Part shown: positions 42,278 to 50,802 of the stretch, piece after piece
Layout: each line of letters opens with the position of its first letter
How positions within the stretch are numbered: the stretch's first letter is position 1
Assembly (NCBI GenBank): GCA_963828165.1
Contig: CAWHDR010000001.1
Span: forward strand, 1,536,001-1,600,000
DNA from: an uncultured Chloroflexia bacterium
GTDB taxonomy: Bacteria; Chloroflexota; Limnocylindria; Limnocylindrales; CSP1-4
Reading direction: 5' to 3'
DNA: 64,000 nt
Position numbers and translations under genes: made by a program
The notes under the pieces: generated by a model
Databases searched by the model: none
What the model was told of the DNA's origin: nothing
Seen by the model: the letters and a program-made list of their open reading frames with translations, nothing else

Positions 42278-42928
42278 ATGACCGCGCCCGACCGCACCTA
42301 CGATCGAGTCCGTTTCCACCGTGGCAGCCGCGGGTTCGCGGCCTTCGTGACCGGTCTGAACGGAGCCATCCTCCTGGGCCTCGCTCTGTTCGCGACGCCC
42401 GCCCTGGGCCTCGACCAGCCGGCCTCCAGCTGGTTCGTGATCCTGGCGGGTGGCGCCGGCATCGGCCATCTCGCGGCGGTCGTGGGTCTGATTCGGGGCC
42501 GCGCTTGGAGCGGCGCCCTCGTCGGCTATCTCGCCGCGGCGGGGATCGCGGTCGCCGGGTTCGGCGCCCTTGCGGCCATCACGGGGCTGGACATCTTCGG
42601 CGCTCGGCGGGGCACATCGGTCGGGTTCTTCGTCTGGATGATCGGCTCGTGGCTGGTGGCCACGCGGTTCGCGCTCAAGGCCTTCACCTACACCCGGCCG
42701 GCCCCGCGGCACGCAAGGCGCCGGGTCGAGCGACCCGCACCGGATGCTCGTCCGCTGACCGGCCTGCGCAAGGTCCGCCGGCCGGCTCTCCTCCAGCCGG
42801 CAACCCGGCCCGCCCGCCTGGCGCGTCCCCTGCCGACCCCGCGGATCGTCCAGCCGACGCCGCGGCGCCTGCCGCAGCCCGCTCCGAGCGCGATCGTCCT
42901 GAACCCGATCTCCACGCCGTTGGCCTGA
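42278..42928 (+). CDS. Hypothetical membrane protein with basic Pro/Arg-rich tail
   Basis: Four TM segments; SD AGGAG upstream. Confidence 0.65.
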   Translation: MTAPDRTYDRVRFHRGSRGFAAFVTGLNGAILLGLALFATPALGLDQPASSWFVILAGGAGIGHLAAVVGLIRGRAWSGALVGYLAAAGIAVAGFGALAAITGLDIFGARRGTSVGFFVWMIGSWLVATRFALKAFTYTRPAPRHARRRVERPAPDARPLTGLRKVRRPALLQPATRPARLARPLPTPRIVQPTPRRLPQPAPSAIVLNPISTPLA

Positions 42929-43102
42929 CCCGGCGTGCGGCCCGTCGCCGCGGGCCGGCCCGGTCGCCCGGCCGGTATGCGTCGTCGCCACGACCGTGGC
43001 GGACCGGCGGCTTCCGGTGCGGTTGCGTACGTCATCTGGCCTACCTGCGACATGACGTTCGCCCGGTTTCCGGCGGTCGCGTCGCGGCGCAGGATGGCGG
43101 CC

Positions 43103-43225
43103 ATGGATACCTTCGGGATGGTCATCCTCGCGATCAGCGCCTTTGCCCTGCTGGAGCTCGCCGCAGCGAACCTCCGGGGCGAGGAGCGGCAAGCTCGCGC
43201 TCGACGGCACGCCGTCCGCCGCTGA
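43103..43225 (+). CDS. Candidate 40-aa single-TM small protein
   Basis: MDTFGMVILAISAFALLELAAANLRGEERQARARRHAVRR; ATG lies 7 nt after CAGGAT. Confidence 0.55.
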   Translation: MDTFGMVILAISAFALLELAAANLRGEERQARARRHAVRR

Positions 43226-43299
43226 CCCTCCGTCGACCCCCCGGGGGTCAGCGCCATCCCCGCCGGCGACCCCCGCGTCGTCTCCATACACTTCCCACG

Positions 43300-43680
43300 A
43301 TGATCGACGAGCCGACCCTGTACGACCGTGCCGGCGGCATGCCGTTCTTCGACGCGCTGGTCGCGCGGTTCTACGCCGGGGTCGCGGACGACCCGATCCT
43401 TCGGCCGATCTACCCGGAAGCGGACCTGGCGCCTGCCCAGCGCCGGCTGACGCTCTTCCTGGCCCAGTACTGGGGCGGTCCGCGGACCTATGACGCGGAG
43501 CGCGGCCACCCACGTCTGCGGATGCGCCACTTCCCGTTCGCCGTCGATGCCGTCGCGCGCGATCGCTGGCTGCTGCACATGCGTGCCGCGATCGCCGAGC
43601 TCGCCCCACCTGCGGACGTCGCGGACGCCCTGGAGCGCTACATCGCGGCCGCAGCCGAGGCGATGCGAAACCGCGACTGA
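43300..43680 (+). CDS. glbO: Truncated hemoglobin, group II (GlbO-like)
   Basis: LYDRAGG...FYAGV..DP.LRP.YP, FLAQYWGGP..Y...RGHPRLRMRH.PF and RDRWL.HM. Confidence 0.92.
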   Translation: MIDEPTLYDRAGGMPFFDALVARFYAGVADDPILRPIYPEADLAPAQRRLTLFLAQYWGGPRTYDAERGHPRLRMRHFPFAVDAVARDRWLLHMRAAIAELAPPADVADALERYIAAAAEAMRNRD

Positions 43681-43711
43681 CTCACCTCCGTGCGATCCGC
43701 TTCGCGATCGA

Positions 43712-44359
43712 CTACGCCCCGCGCAGGTACGTCAACACGGCCAGCACGCGACGGTGGTCATCGACGGCCGGCTCCAGGCCCAGCTTGCTGAGGATCACTC
43801 GGACGTTTCCCTCGACCGTCTTCTCGGTCAGGCCCAGCCGACTGGCGATCGCCAGGTTCGACCGACCCTGCGCCATCAGCTCCAGGACATCCCGCTCCCG
43901 CGGGGTCAGATCGTCCAATGGACCCCGGGGACGGGCGCGCCCGAGCAGCGTCGCCACGACCTCCGGGTCGACCACGGACCCACCGCTGCCGATCCGTCGG
44001 ACGGCGTCCGTGAACTCGGCAAGGTCCGTGACCCTGTCCTTAAGGAGGTATCCCATGCCTTCCGGCGCATCGCGCAGGAGGTTGAGCACGTGACGCGTCT
44101 CGATCACGCTCGAGAGGATGAGGATCCCGATCCCAGGTCGCTCGGCGCGGATACGGACCGCTGCGTCAAGGCCCTCCGTCGTTCGAGTCGGCGGCATCCG
44201 CACATCGATGATCGCCACGTCCGGCTCGGTCGCGGTCAGCACGTCGAGCAATCCATCGACATCACCGGCTTGGCCGACGACGTCGAACTCTGCTGCGGCG
44301 AGCGCCGCAGCCAGGGCCTCGCGTAGCAGGACCGCATCGTCGGCGAGGACTACGCGCAC
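43712..44359 (-). CDS. NarL/LuxR-family response regulator
   Basis: REC domain (LADD, DVRMPP, YLLK) plus HTH (LTPRERDVLELMAQG.SN..IA). Confidence 0.93.
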   Translation of the reverse strand: MRVVLADDAVLLREALAAALAAAEFDVVGQAGDVDGLLDVLTATEPDVAIIDVRMPPTRTTEGLDAAVRIRAERPGIGILILSSVIETRHVLNLLRDAPEGMGYLLKDRVTDLAEFTDAVRRIGSGGSVVDPEVVATLLGRARPRGPLDDLTPRERDVLELMAQGRSNLAIASRLGLTEKTVEGNVRVILSKLGLEPAVDDHRRVLAVLTYLRGA

Positions 44360-46113
44360 GGCAGGTCCGCCCGGATCGTGGTCCCTTCCCCGGGCCGGCT
44401 CGTCACCGTAAGCCGGCCACCGGCCGCGGCGACGCGGTCATCGAGACCCCGGATGCCCGATCCGCGACCCGGGTCCGCCCCGCCCACACCGTCGTCGACG
44501 ATCTCGACGACGAGAACGCCATCGCGTCGGTCGATGGCCACGTGGGCGCGCGTCGCGCGTGCGTATTTGGCCACGTTGGTCAGCGCCTCGGCCACGACGA
44601 AGTACGCGGTCGCCTCCAGTTCCGGCACCAAACGGGTGTCCGGAGCACTGACACTGACCGGCACAGGGGAACGATCCGCGAGCGACTCGACGGCAGCGCC
44701 GAGGCCATCCTCGACGAGGACGGTCGGATGCAGCCCGCGGGCGAGCTCGCGAAGCTCCCCGAGTGCCAGCTCGAGCTCGGTCGTGGCCCGGTCGAGCGTC
44801 CCCGGCAGGCCGGGGTCGGACCGGCCCGCCTGAACCTGGGCGAGCTGCAGGGCGAGCGCCAACGTGACGAGACGCTGTTGGGCGCCGTCGTGGAGATCGC
44901 GCTCGACGCGGCGCCGTTCGGCGTCACCGGCGGCCACGATCCTGGCCCGGGAAGCGCGGACATCCTCGAGCTGGGCGCGGACCTCGGCCTGCAGCCGCTC
45001 ATTGTCGAGCGCCAATCGCGTAGCCGCCGAGACCGATCCCAGGAGTTCAGGCTGTTCCATGAGCGCCGGATCGTGGATCAGCAGTGCGACCGTGTCGCCG
45101 TCCCGCTCGATCCTCGTCACGGAGCGCTCCGGGTCAGCGGCCGCGGGGATCTCGAGCGTGCGGCCGTCAAGGTCGACAAGATCAGCCGTCCCCGGCACCG
45201 GGTAGGCGACCTCGAGAGACGGGTCTCCCAGGGTCTTCGCAAGCACCTCCCGGAGCGTCGGTTGATCGGGCCTTGCCCCGAGCTGCAGGACGAGGTCGGC
45301 GACGCCGCCTCGTGCGATGCGAGCTCTCGTGAGCCCGACGACGAAGCCGATCGGCACGACCGCCGCCGTGACGACCGTCAGGTATTGCCCCAGATCGTCG
45401 ATGGCAAAGCGGTCGAAGATGTTCGTCGTCGGCACGAAGCCCGTCGCGTATTCCACGACGATCCCGATCGCGAACGCCAGTCCGCCAAGCAGGATCGGTC
45501 CGGCGACACGGCGACCGACCGTCGTCTGGGTACGCCAGCGGTCGATGACGAGCACCACCACCGCAACGGCGAGGATCGCGATGATCGTGGAGAAGACCGC
45601 GTCGCCATCGGCGCGCAAGGTGACATCGGAGACGTAGCGATCCGCGACCGCGGGGTCGGTGAGGTCACCGTACTCCGTGGTCGGTCGGATGATCGCGATC
45701 CGGAATACCGTGCGGACGGCAAGGACGCCGAAGAGGCCGCCCACGACCGCGCGCGAAGACCGTGAAGCGAGGCGTCCGGATGGATAGGCCAGGATCAGCC
45801 ACGCCAGCAGGGCGTCGTAGTAGCCCTGGAAGGCATAAGCGGCCTCCGTGATGGCCGGCTCGGCGATCGCCCCGTACGTGCCGACATACCAGGCAAACGC
45901 GATCGTGACCATCAACGGCCCAACGCGGTTACCGGGCCGTCGTTGCCAGGCGATCTGACCACAGACAAGAAACGCGATCCCCGGCAACAGGTCCGCGATG
46001 ACCCAGACCAGCGGCCAGCCAGCCTGCAGGCGAGCCACCTCCGCGCCCAGCCCGAACGCGATCCCCAGCGGCAGCAGGGCGAGGCGGGCAGGGCGCGGCA
46101 GGGTGCTGGTCAC
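44350..46113 (-). CDS. Membrane sensor histidine kinase (HisKA_3 type)
   Basis: About 8 TM segments; ERRRVERDLHDGAQQRL, EALTNVAKYA, DDGVGG and GSGIRGL. Confidence 0.93.
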   Translation of the reverse strand: MTSTLPRPARLALLPLGIAFGLGAEVARLQAGWPLVWVIADLLPGIAFLVCGQIAWQRRPGNRVGPLMVTIAFAWYVGTYGAIAEPAITEAAYAFQGYYDALLAWLILAYPSGRLASRSSRAVVGGLFGVLAVRTVFRIAIIRPTTEYGDLTDPAVADRYVSDVTLRADGDAVFSTIIAILAVAVVVLVIDRWRTQTTVGRRVAGPILLGGLAFAIGIVVEYATGFVPTTNIFDRFAIDDLGQYLTVVTAAVVPIGFVVGLTRARIARGGVADLVLQLGARPDQPTLREVLAKTLGDPSLEVAYPVPGTADLVDLDGRTLEIPAAADPERSVTRIERDGDTVALLIHDPALMEQPELLGSVSAATRLALDNERLQAEVRAQLEDVRASRARIVAAGDAERRRVERDLHDGAQQRLVTLALALQLAQVQAGRSDPGLPGTLDRATTELELALGELRELARGLHPTVLVEDGLGAAVESLADRSPVPVSVSAPDTRLVPELEATAYFVVAEALTNVAKYARATRAHVAIDRRDGVLVVEIVDDGVGGADPGRGSGIRGLDDRVAAAGGRLTVTSRPGEGTTIRADLPCA

Positions 46114-46123
46114 CGGCGGAGCA

Positions 46124-46630
46124 TCACTCGGCCGGCTTCCACGGGTGCATCTCGGTCATCATCCCCAGGACCGGGTCCGGTGGCTCAGGTACGCCGAGAA
46201 CCAGCGTGCCGTTCTCCATCCGCCAGGTGAACCGGACGACGTCGCCGGCATAGTCGGGTGGGAAGGTCGTGGTCTGATCGATGACTCCGTCACCAACGAC
46301 CGTGTACGTGCCGCGGAACAGCGGCCATCTGATCGGCGCATCGGTCGCCTGCGCTGTTGACCAGGTGCCGTCCGACGCAAACGTCGTCGTGAACACTCCG
46401 GCGTTCTCCTTGATCAGCCCCGCGTCCGTCATCCCAGCCCCCCGAAGGTCTTCCTCGGTGATCGTCGAGGTCCACGAGCCGACGGGAAAGCCGTCTGGCA
46501 GCGCAGCGAGGCTGGGGGCCGGGACGTTCGGCGCCGATGCGGGCGCGCTCGGGGTGGCGGCCGTGCATGCCATGGCCACCACCGCAAGCGCGGCGATGAG
46601 CGTGCTTCGGTAGATGCGCTTGGTCGTCAT
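46124..46630 (-). CDS. Putative lipoprotein within the two-component operon
   Basis: Signal peptide ending in AMAC; ATGA overlap with the upstream REC gene. Confidence 0.75.
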   Translation of the reverse strand: MTTKRIYRSTLIAALAVVAMACTAATPSAPASAPNVPAPSLAALPDGFPVGSWTSTITEEDLRGAGMTDAGLIKENAGVFTTTFASDGTWSTAQATDAPIRWPLFRGTYTVVGDGVIDQTTTFPPDYAGDVVRFTWRMENGTLVLGVPEPPDPVLGMMTEMHPWKPAE

Positions 46631-47007
46631 GTCGTCGTACCTCCGCTTGCCCCCTGGAGGATCGCTCGCAGCGTATCTCCGGAGAGTCTCGATTTGGTGA
46701 TGAATCCCGCGGCCCCACTGACGCCGACGCGACGGCCGTAGTCGGACGCGTCTCGAGTCGAAACGAGGACGACCGCCGGGGGCGCGGGTCCCTTCAGCAG
46801 CTCGCGAGCGACGGCGAACCCGTCCAGGTCGGGCAGCTGCACGTCCAACAACACCACCGCCGGCCGGATCCGATGCGCCTGGGTCAGAGCGGCGCCCCCG
46901 TCCGCGGCCTCTGCGACCACGTCGAAGCCCGCCAGCGACAGGAGATCCCGGGCGAATGCCCGGAACCCGTCGTGGTCGTCGACGATGAGGACGGTAGGTC
47001 GGTGCAT
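46627..47007 (-). CDS. Single-domain response regulator (REC only)
   Basis: Motifs LIVDDH, LLDVQLPDLDG and FITK. Confidence 0.9.
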   Translation of the reverse strand: MHRPTVLIVDDHDGFRAFARDLLSLAGFDVVAEAADGGAALTQAHRIRPAVVLLDVQLPDLDGFAVARELLKGPAPPAVVLVSTRDASDYGRRVGVSGAAGFITKSRLSGDTLRAILQGASGGTTT

Positions 47008-47169
47008 GACGGAATCCTGGGCGGGCGCGATCGATCAGGGAACCGTGCTGGCACCCGGAACCTCCCGCGTGCCGGATGCGTGGTGGCGCGGCAGACGCGA
47101 CACGCCGCACGCCCGACGCTGTCGTCCAGGCCCGTTGTATCGGGCCACGTACGTCGGAGGAAGACCCCC

Positions 47170-47658
47170 ATGCGTCGATCGTTCCTCTCAGCCGCCATCG
47201 CGATGGCGTTCATCCTGGCCACCGTGGCTCCCACGCTCGCGGGTGGCACGCGGTCGGTCCGGTTCAGCGGGAGTGACCACTACACGGTCGCTCATCCCTG
47301 TGGAGTCGTCGAGAACACCAGCGTCACCGTTCGCGGGACCGCGTTCTTCGACGCCTCTGGCGCCTGGATCCGAGATCTCGTCGTCTTCGCCTACGACGGT
47401 GTCTACACCGGTCCCTCGGGCTCACTCGCCAATCGGTCACACCAGACGGCCGAATACACACCCGAGACTGGCACCCTGCGCGGGCAAGGCACGTTCATCC
47501 ACGGGGGCCACGTCGGCGTGCTGGCGTACGACGTCGGTCGGCTCGTCTTCGACAGGAGCGACGGCTCGACACTCTTCGCAACGCCGAAGGTCATCCGGCT
47601 CGACGACCCGGGCGCGATGGAGGCGCTCGACGAGGCTCTCTGCGACCTCCTGTCCTGA
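47170..47658 (+). CDS. Secreted hypothetical protein
   Basis: Signal peptide MRRSFLSAAIAMAFILATVAPTLA, a beta-rich body and two Cys; SD GGAGG upstream. Confidence 0.7.
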   Translation: MRRSFLSAAIAMAFILATVAPTLAGGTRSVRFSGSDHYTVAHPCGVVENTSVTVRGTAFFDASGAWIRDLVVFAYDGVYTGPSGSLANRSHQTAEYTPETGTLRGQGTFIHGGHVGVLAYDVGRLVFDRSDGSTLFATPKVIRLDDPGAMEALDEALCDLLS

Positions 47659-47711
47659 GGGACCCTTGACCAATCGCCGACCGCCACCACCACGCGGCTG
47701 TCCTTCACGCG

Positions 47712-47739
47712 CCGGCCCGGGCCTCGAGACCCGGGCCGG
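47712..47739. terminator. GC-rich hairpin upstream of guaA (possible terminator)
   Basis: CCGGCCCGGG-cctcgaga-CCCGGGCCGG forms a perfect 10-bp stem; there is no U-tract. Confidence 0.35.
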
Positions 47740-47788
47740 TACACTGGTGCCTGGCGGGTGACTCGGCGAGCGGAGGGCGGCATCGACG

Positions 47789-49582
47789 ATGACGGAGGCG
47801 ATCGAGGACGAGGCGAGTCGGCCAGCGGAGGACGCGGCGACGATGCCGGCGCCCTCCGATCGCGACCGCGGCAAGACGATCCACGGGGACGCGGCGAACT
47901 CGGGCCATCGCGTCCTGGCCCCGGACGACGCGGAGGTCGAGGCCTATCTCGAGACCGCGCTCAAGGCGCCGGCCCCCGACCGCTCCTCCGATGATCAACG
48001 GGCCGGCGCCGCGGCTTCGGTACCGGGACCCGTCGTCGTCCTCGATTTCGGCAGCCAGTTCGCCCAGCTCATCGCTCGCCGGGTCCGCGAGCTCGACGTG
48101 TACTCCGAGCTGCTCCCGCACGACACACCGTACGAGGAACTGGAACGCCGCGGCACGCAGGCGATCATCCTCAGCGGCGGCCCCAATTCCGTCTACGACG
48201 ACGATGCCCCGAAGCCGGATCCGGCCGTCTGGGGCGGGCGGATCCCCGTACTGGGCATCTGCTACGGGGCGCAACTCATGGCTCGCGAGCTCGGTGGCGA
48301 TGTCCTGGCGGCCGGCAAGCGCGAGTACGGCCCGGCGAACGTCACGATCACGACCGGCGACGGCCTGTTCGACGGCATCGAGCCCAACCAGCCCGTCTGG
48401 ATGAGCCACGGCGACTCGATCACGAGGCTGCCGGAAGGGTTCGCGTCGACCGCCCAGACCGATTCGACCCCGTTCGCCGGCCTGCAGGCGCCAGACCGGA
48501 ACCTGTACGGGATCCAGTTCCACCCGGAGGTCGTCCACACGCCACGCGGCAAGGACGTGCTGCGCAACTTCGTGGTCGGCATCGCCGGCGTCGAGCCGTC
48601 GTGGACGGCATCCAATTTCATCGACACCACGGTCGCAGGGATCCGCGAGCGCGTGGACGCCCACGCGACGGAGACCGGCTCGGACGGCAAGGTCATCTGC
48701 GCCCTGTCGGGCGGTGTCAATTCAGCCGTGGCGGCGGCGCTGGTGCACCGGGCGGTGGGGGATCGGCTGACCTGCATCTACGTCGATCACGGGCTGATGC
48801 GCAAGAAGGAATCGGAACTGCTGCGCGTCACCTTCGAGCGCGATCTCGGCATGAACCTCGTCATGGTCGATGCGCGCGACCGATTCCTCACCCGCCTCTC
48901 CGGCGTCGAGGACCCGGAGCAGAAGCGCAAGATCATCGGCGACGAATTCATCCGGGTCTTCGAGGAAGAAGCCGCGAAGATCGGGGCCATCGATTTCCTC
49001 ACCCAGGGCACGCTCTACCCCGACGTCATCGAAAGCGCGACCTCCGAGACGAAGGCTGCCCAGAAGATCAAGACGCACCACAACGTCGGCGGCCTGCCGG
49101 CCGACCTGCGCTTCCAGCTCATCGAGCCGCTGCGCTACCTGTTCAAGGACGAGGTGCGCAAGGTCGGCCAGGAGCTGGGCCTGCCCGATGCCATGGTCCT
49201 GCGCCAGCCCTTCCCGGGGCCGGGTCTCGCGATCCGGATCATCGGCGAGGTCACGCGCGAGCGACTGGAGACGCTGCGCGAGGCAGACTGGATCGTCATC
49301 GACGAGATCAAGGCGGCGAACCTGTACCGCTCGTTGTGGCAGAGCTTTGCGATCCTCACGCCGGTCCGCTCGGTCGGGGTGATGGGCGACGGGCGCACCT
49401 ACGCCAACGTCGTCGCCATCCGCGCCGTCACGTCCGAGGACGGGATGACCGCCGACTGGGCCAAGCTGCCGTACGACGTGCTCGGCAAGATCAGCAGTCG
49501 CATCGTGAACGAGGTTCCCGGCGTCAACCGGGTCGTGTACGACATCTCCTCCAAGCCGCCGGCCACCATCGAGTGGGAATGA
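47789..49582 (+). CDS. guaA: GMP synthase (glutamine-hydrolysing) with N-terminal extension
   Basis: Motifs [44 protein letters not shown] and the C-terminal [10 protein letters not shown]. The PP-loop reads SGGVNS. Confidence 0.97.
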   Translation: MTEAIEDEASRPAEDAATMPAPSDRDRGKTIHGDAANSGHRVLAPDDAEVEAYLETALKAPAPDRSSDDQRAGAAASVPGPVVVLDFGSQFAQLIARRVRELDVYSELLPHDTPYEELERRGTQAIILSGGPNSVYDDDAPKPDPAVWGGRIPVLGICYGAQLMARELGGDVLAAGKREYGPANVTITTGDGLFDGIEPNQPVWMSHGDSITRLPEGFASTAQTDSTPFAGLQAPDRNLYGIQFHPEVVHTPRGKDVLRNFVVGIAGVEPSWTASNFIDTTVAGIRERVDAHATETGSDGKVICALSGGVNSAVAAALVHRAVGDRLTCIYVDHGLMRKKESELLRVTFERDLGMNLVMVDARDRFLTRLSGVEDPEQKRKIIGDEFIRVFEEEAAKIGAIDFLTQGTLYPDVIESATSETKAAQKIKTHHNVGGLPADLRFQLIEPLRYLFKDEVRKVGQELGLPDAMVLRQPFPGPGLAIRIIGEVTRERLETLREADWIVIDEIKAANLYRSLWQSFAILTPVRSVGVMGDGRTYANVVAIRAVTSEDGMTADWAKLPYDVLGKISSRIVNEVPGVNRVVYDISSKPPATIEWE

Positions 49583-49660
49583 TCGCCCGGCCAAGGGTTC
49601 ACGCCCGACCCTGACCGATGGGGTATTCCTGGCGGCATCCGGCGGGGTAGCATGCACGGC

Positions 49661-50266
49661 ATGACCGAGGAAACCTTGTCCGGCGAGGCGGAAGCCTCCA
49701 TCTGCCCTTGGTGTTCCGCCACATACACGGGCGAGCGGGAGACGTGCCCCTCGTGTGGCGCGGCCCTGACCGCCGACCCGAACACGGACCCGTCACTGCC
49801 GGGGCTGACCGCCATCGACACCGCGGCGATCGTGCGCGCCAAGACACCGAGCCCACGGCCGCGCAACCGGATCATGTCGTGGATCAGCGGCGAATACCCG
49901 GACGAAGGCGGCGGCGTCCCCGCCGAGGCCGGCGCGCTGGCTCCCCCTGACCTTGCCGTCCGGCGCGAGATCCTGCGGCTCGAGCTCGAAGCAGAGGTGG
50001 CGAATCTCCAGGCCGAGGCCGACGCGCTCCTTGCCGAGGCCAAGGTCGAAGGCCGCGCTCCCGGAGTGTCAGAGGAAGACGCGGCGGCATCTGAGGCCAT
50101 CGTCCATGAGATCGAGCGGGTCTCGGCCGGGCTGGACGCGGTCGATGAGGAGCTCGGCGAGACCGCAGCCGAAGTCGCCGAGCCGGTGGCCACGACTCCG
50201 GTCGTGCCCGCGGCTCCGGACGTCGAGGCGTCGCGCGCCGGCGACGAGGCCGCTCCGCCAGCCTGA
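49661..50266 (+). CDS. Zinc-ribbon protein with coiled coil
   Basis: CPWC-x9-CPSCG followed by an acidic helical region; ATG lies 7 nt after TAGCAT. Confidence 0.7.
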   Translation: MTEETLSGEAEASICPWCSATYTGERETCPSCGAALTADPNTDPSLPGLTAIDTAAIVRAKTPSPRPRNRIMSWISGEYPDEGGGVPAEAGALAPPDLAVRREILRLELEAEVANLQAEADALLAEAKVEGRAPGVSEEDAAASEAIVHEIERVSAGLDAVDEELGETAAEVAEPVATTPVVPAAPDVEASRAGDEAAPPA

Positions 50267-50293
50267 CGGACCCTGGCCGCTATCCTTGCGGCC

Positions 50294-50752
50294 GTGCCCG
50301 ACCGACTCCCACCTCCTGGACCCTCCTTCCTGCGCGAGCACGAGGTTCGCGTTCGCGACCACACGTACCGGGCGGGCATGGCCCGGCCATCCGACGCGCC
50401 CGACGGCTGGTGGCTCACGCTGATGTGGGTGGCCGACGACGAGGGCGTCGTCAGCTTTCGGGACGTGGCCCCGGCATCCGGCCCGCCGCCCGACCCCCCG
50501 CTCGGCCGACTCGGCCCGGCGCTCGCCGGCGCGCTTTCCGGGCTCATCCTCGAGGACGCCGGCCGCTTGCAGCTCCGCGTGGCGGCGCTCGTGCCGCCCG
50601 ACGACGAGACCCGGCCGTGGCGCGCGCCCCTCGCGGTTCGGGCTGCGTTCCGGTTCGAGCCGGCGCGCGCCGCGGCGATGGGCGCCAACGAGCTCGCCGA
50701 CACCGTGCTGGCCGGGTTCCGGAAGGCGGTCGAGGGTCTCGGACGACCCTGA
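50294..50752 (+). CDS. Hypothetical protein
   Basis: 152-aa ORF with normal codon bias; GTG lies 7 nt after TATCCT. Confidence 0.65.
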   Translation: MPDRLPPPGPSFLREHEVRVRDHTYRAGMARPSDAPDGWWLTLMWVADDEGVVSFRDVAPASGPPPDPPLGRLGPALAGALSGLILEDAGRLQLRVAALVPPDDETRPWRAPLAVRAAFRFEPARAAAMGANELADTVLAGFRKAVEGLGRP

Positions 50753-50802
50753 CCGGCCTTCGGGCATGAGGTTCGGGCCGACCGGCTAGACTCAGCGGAC
50801 CG

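Noticed and set aside
47659-47788. Purine riboswitch upstream of guaA (or of guaB3)
   Set aside because: None of the conserved purine-aptamer sequence features are visible; only a GC hairpin is present.
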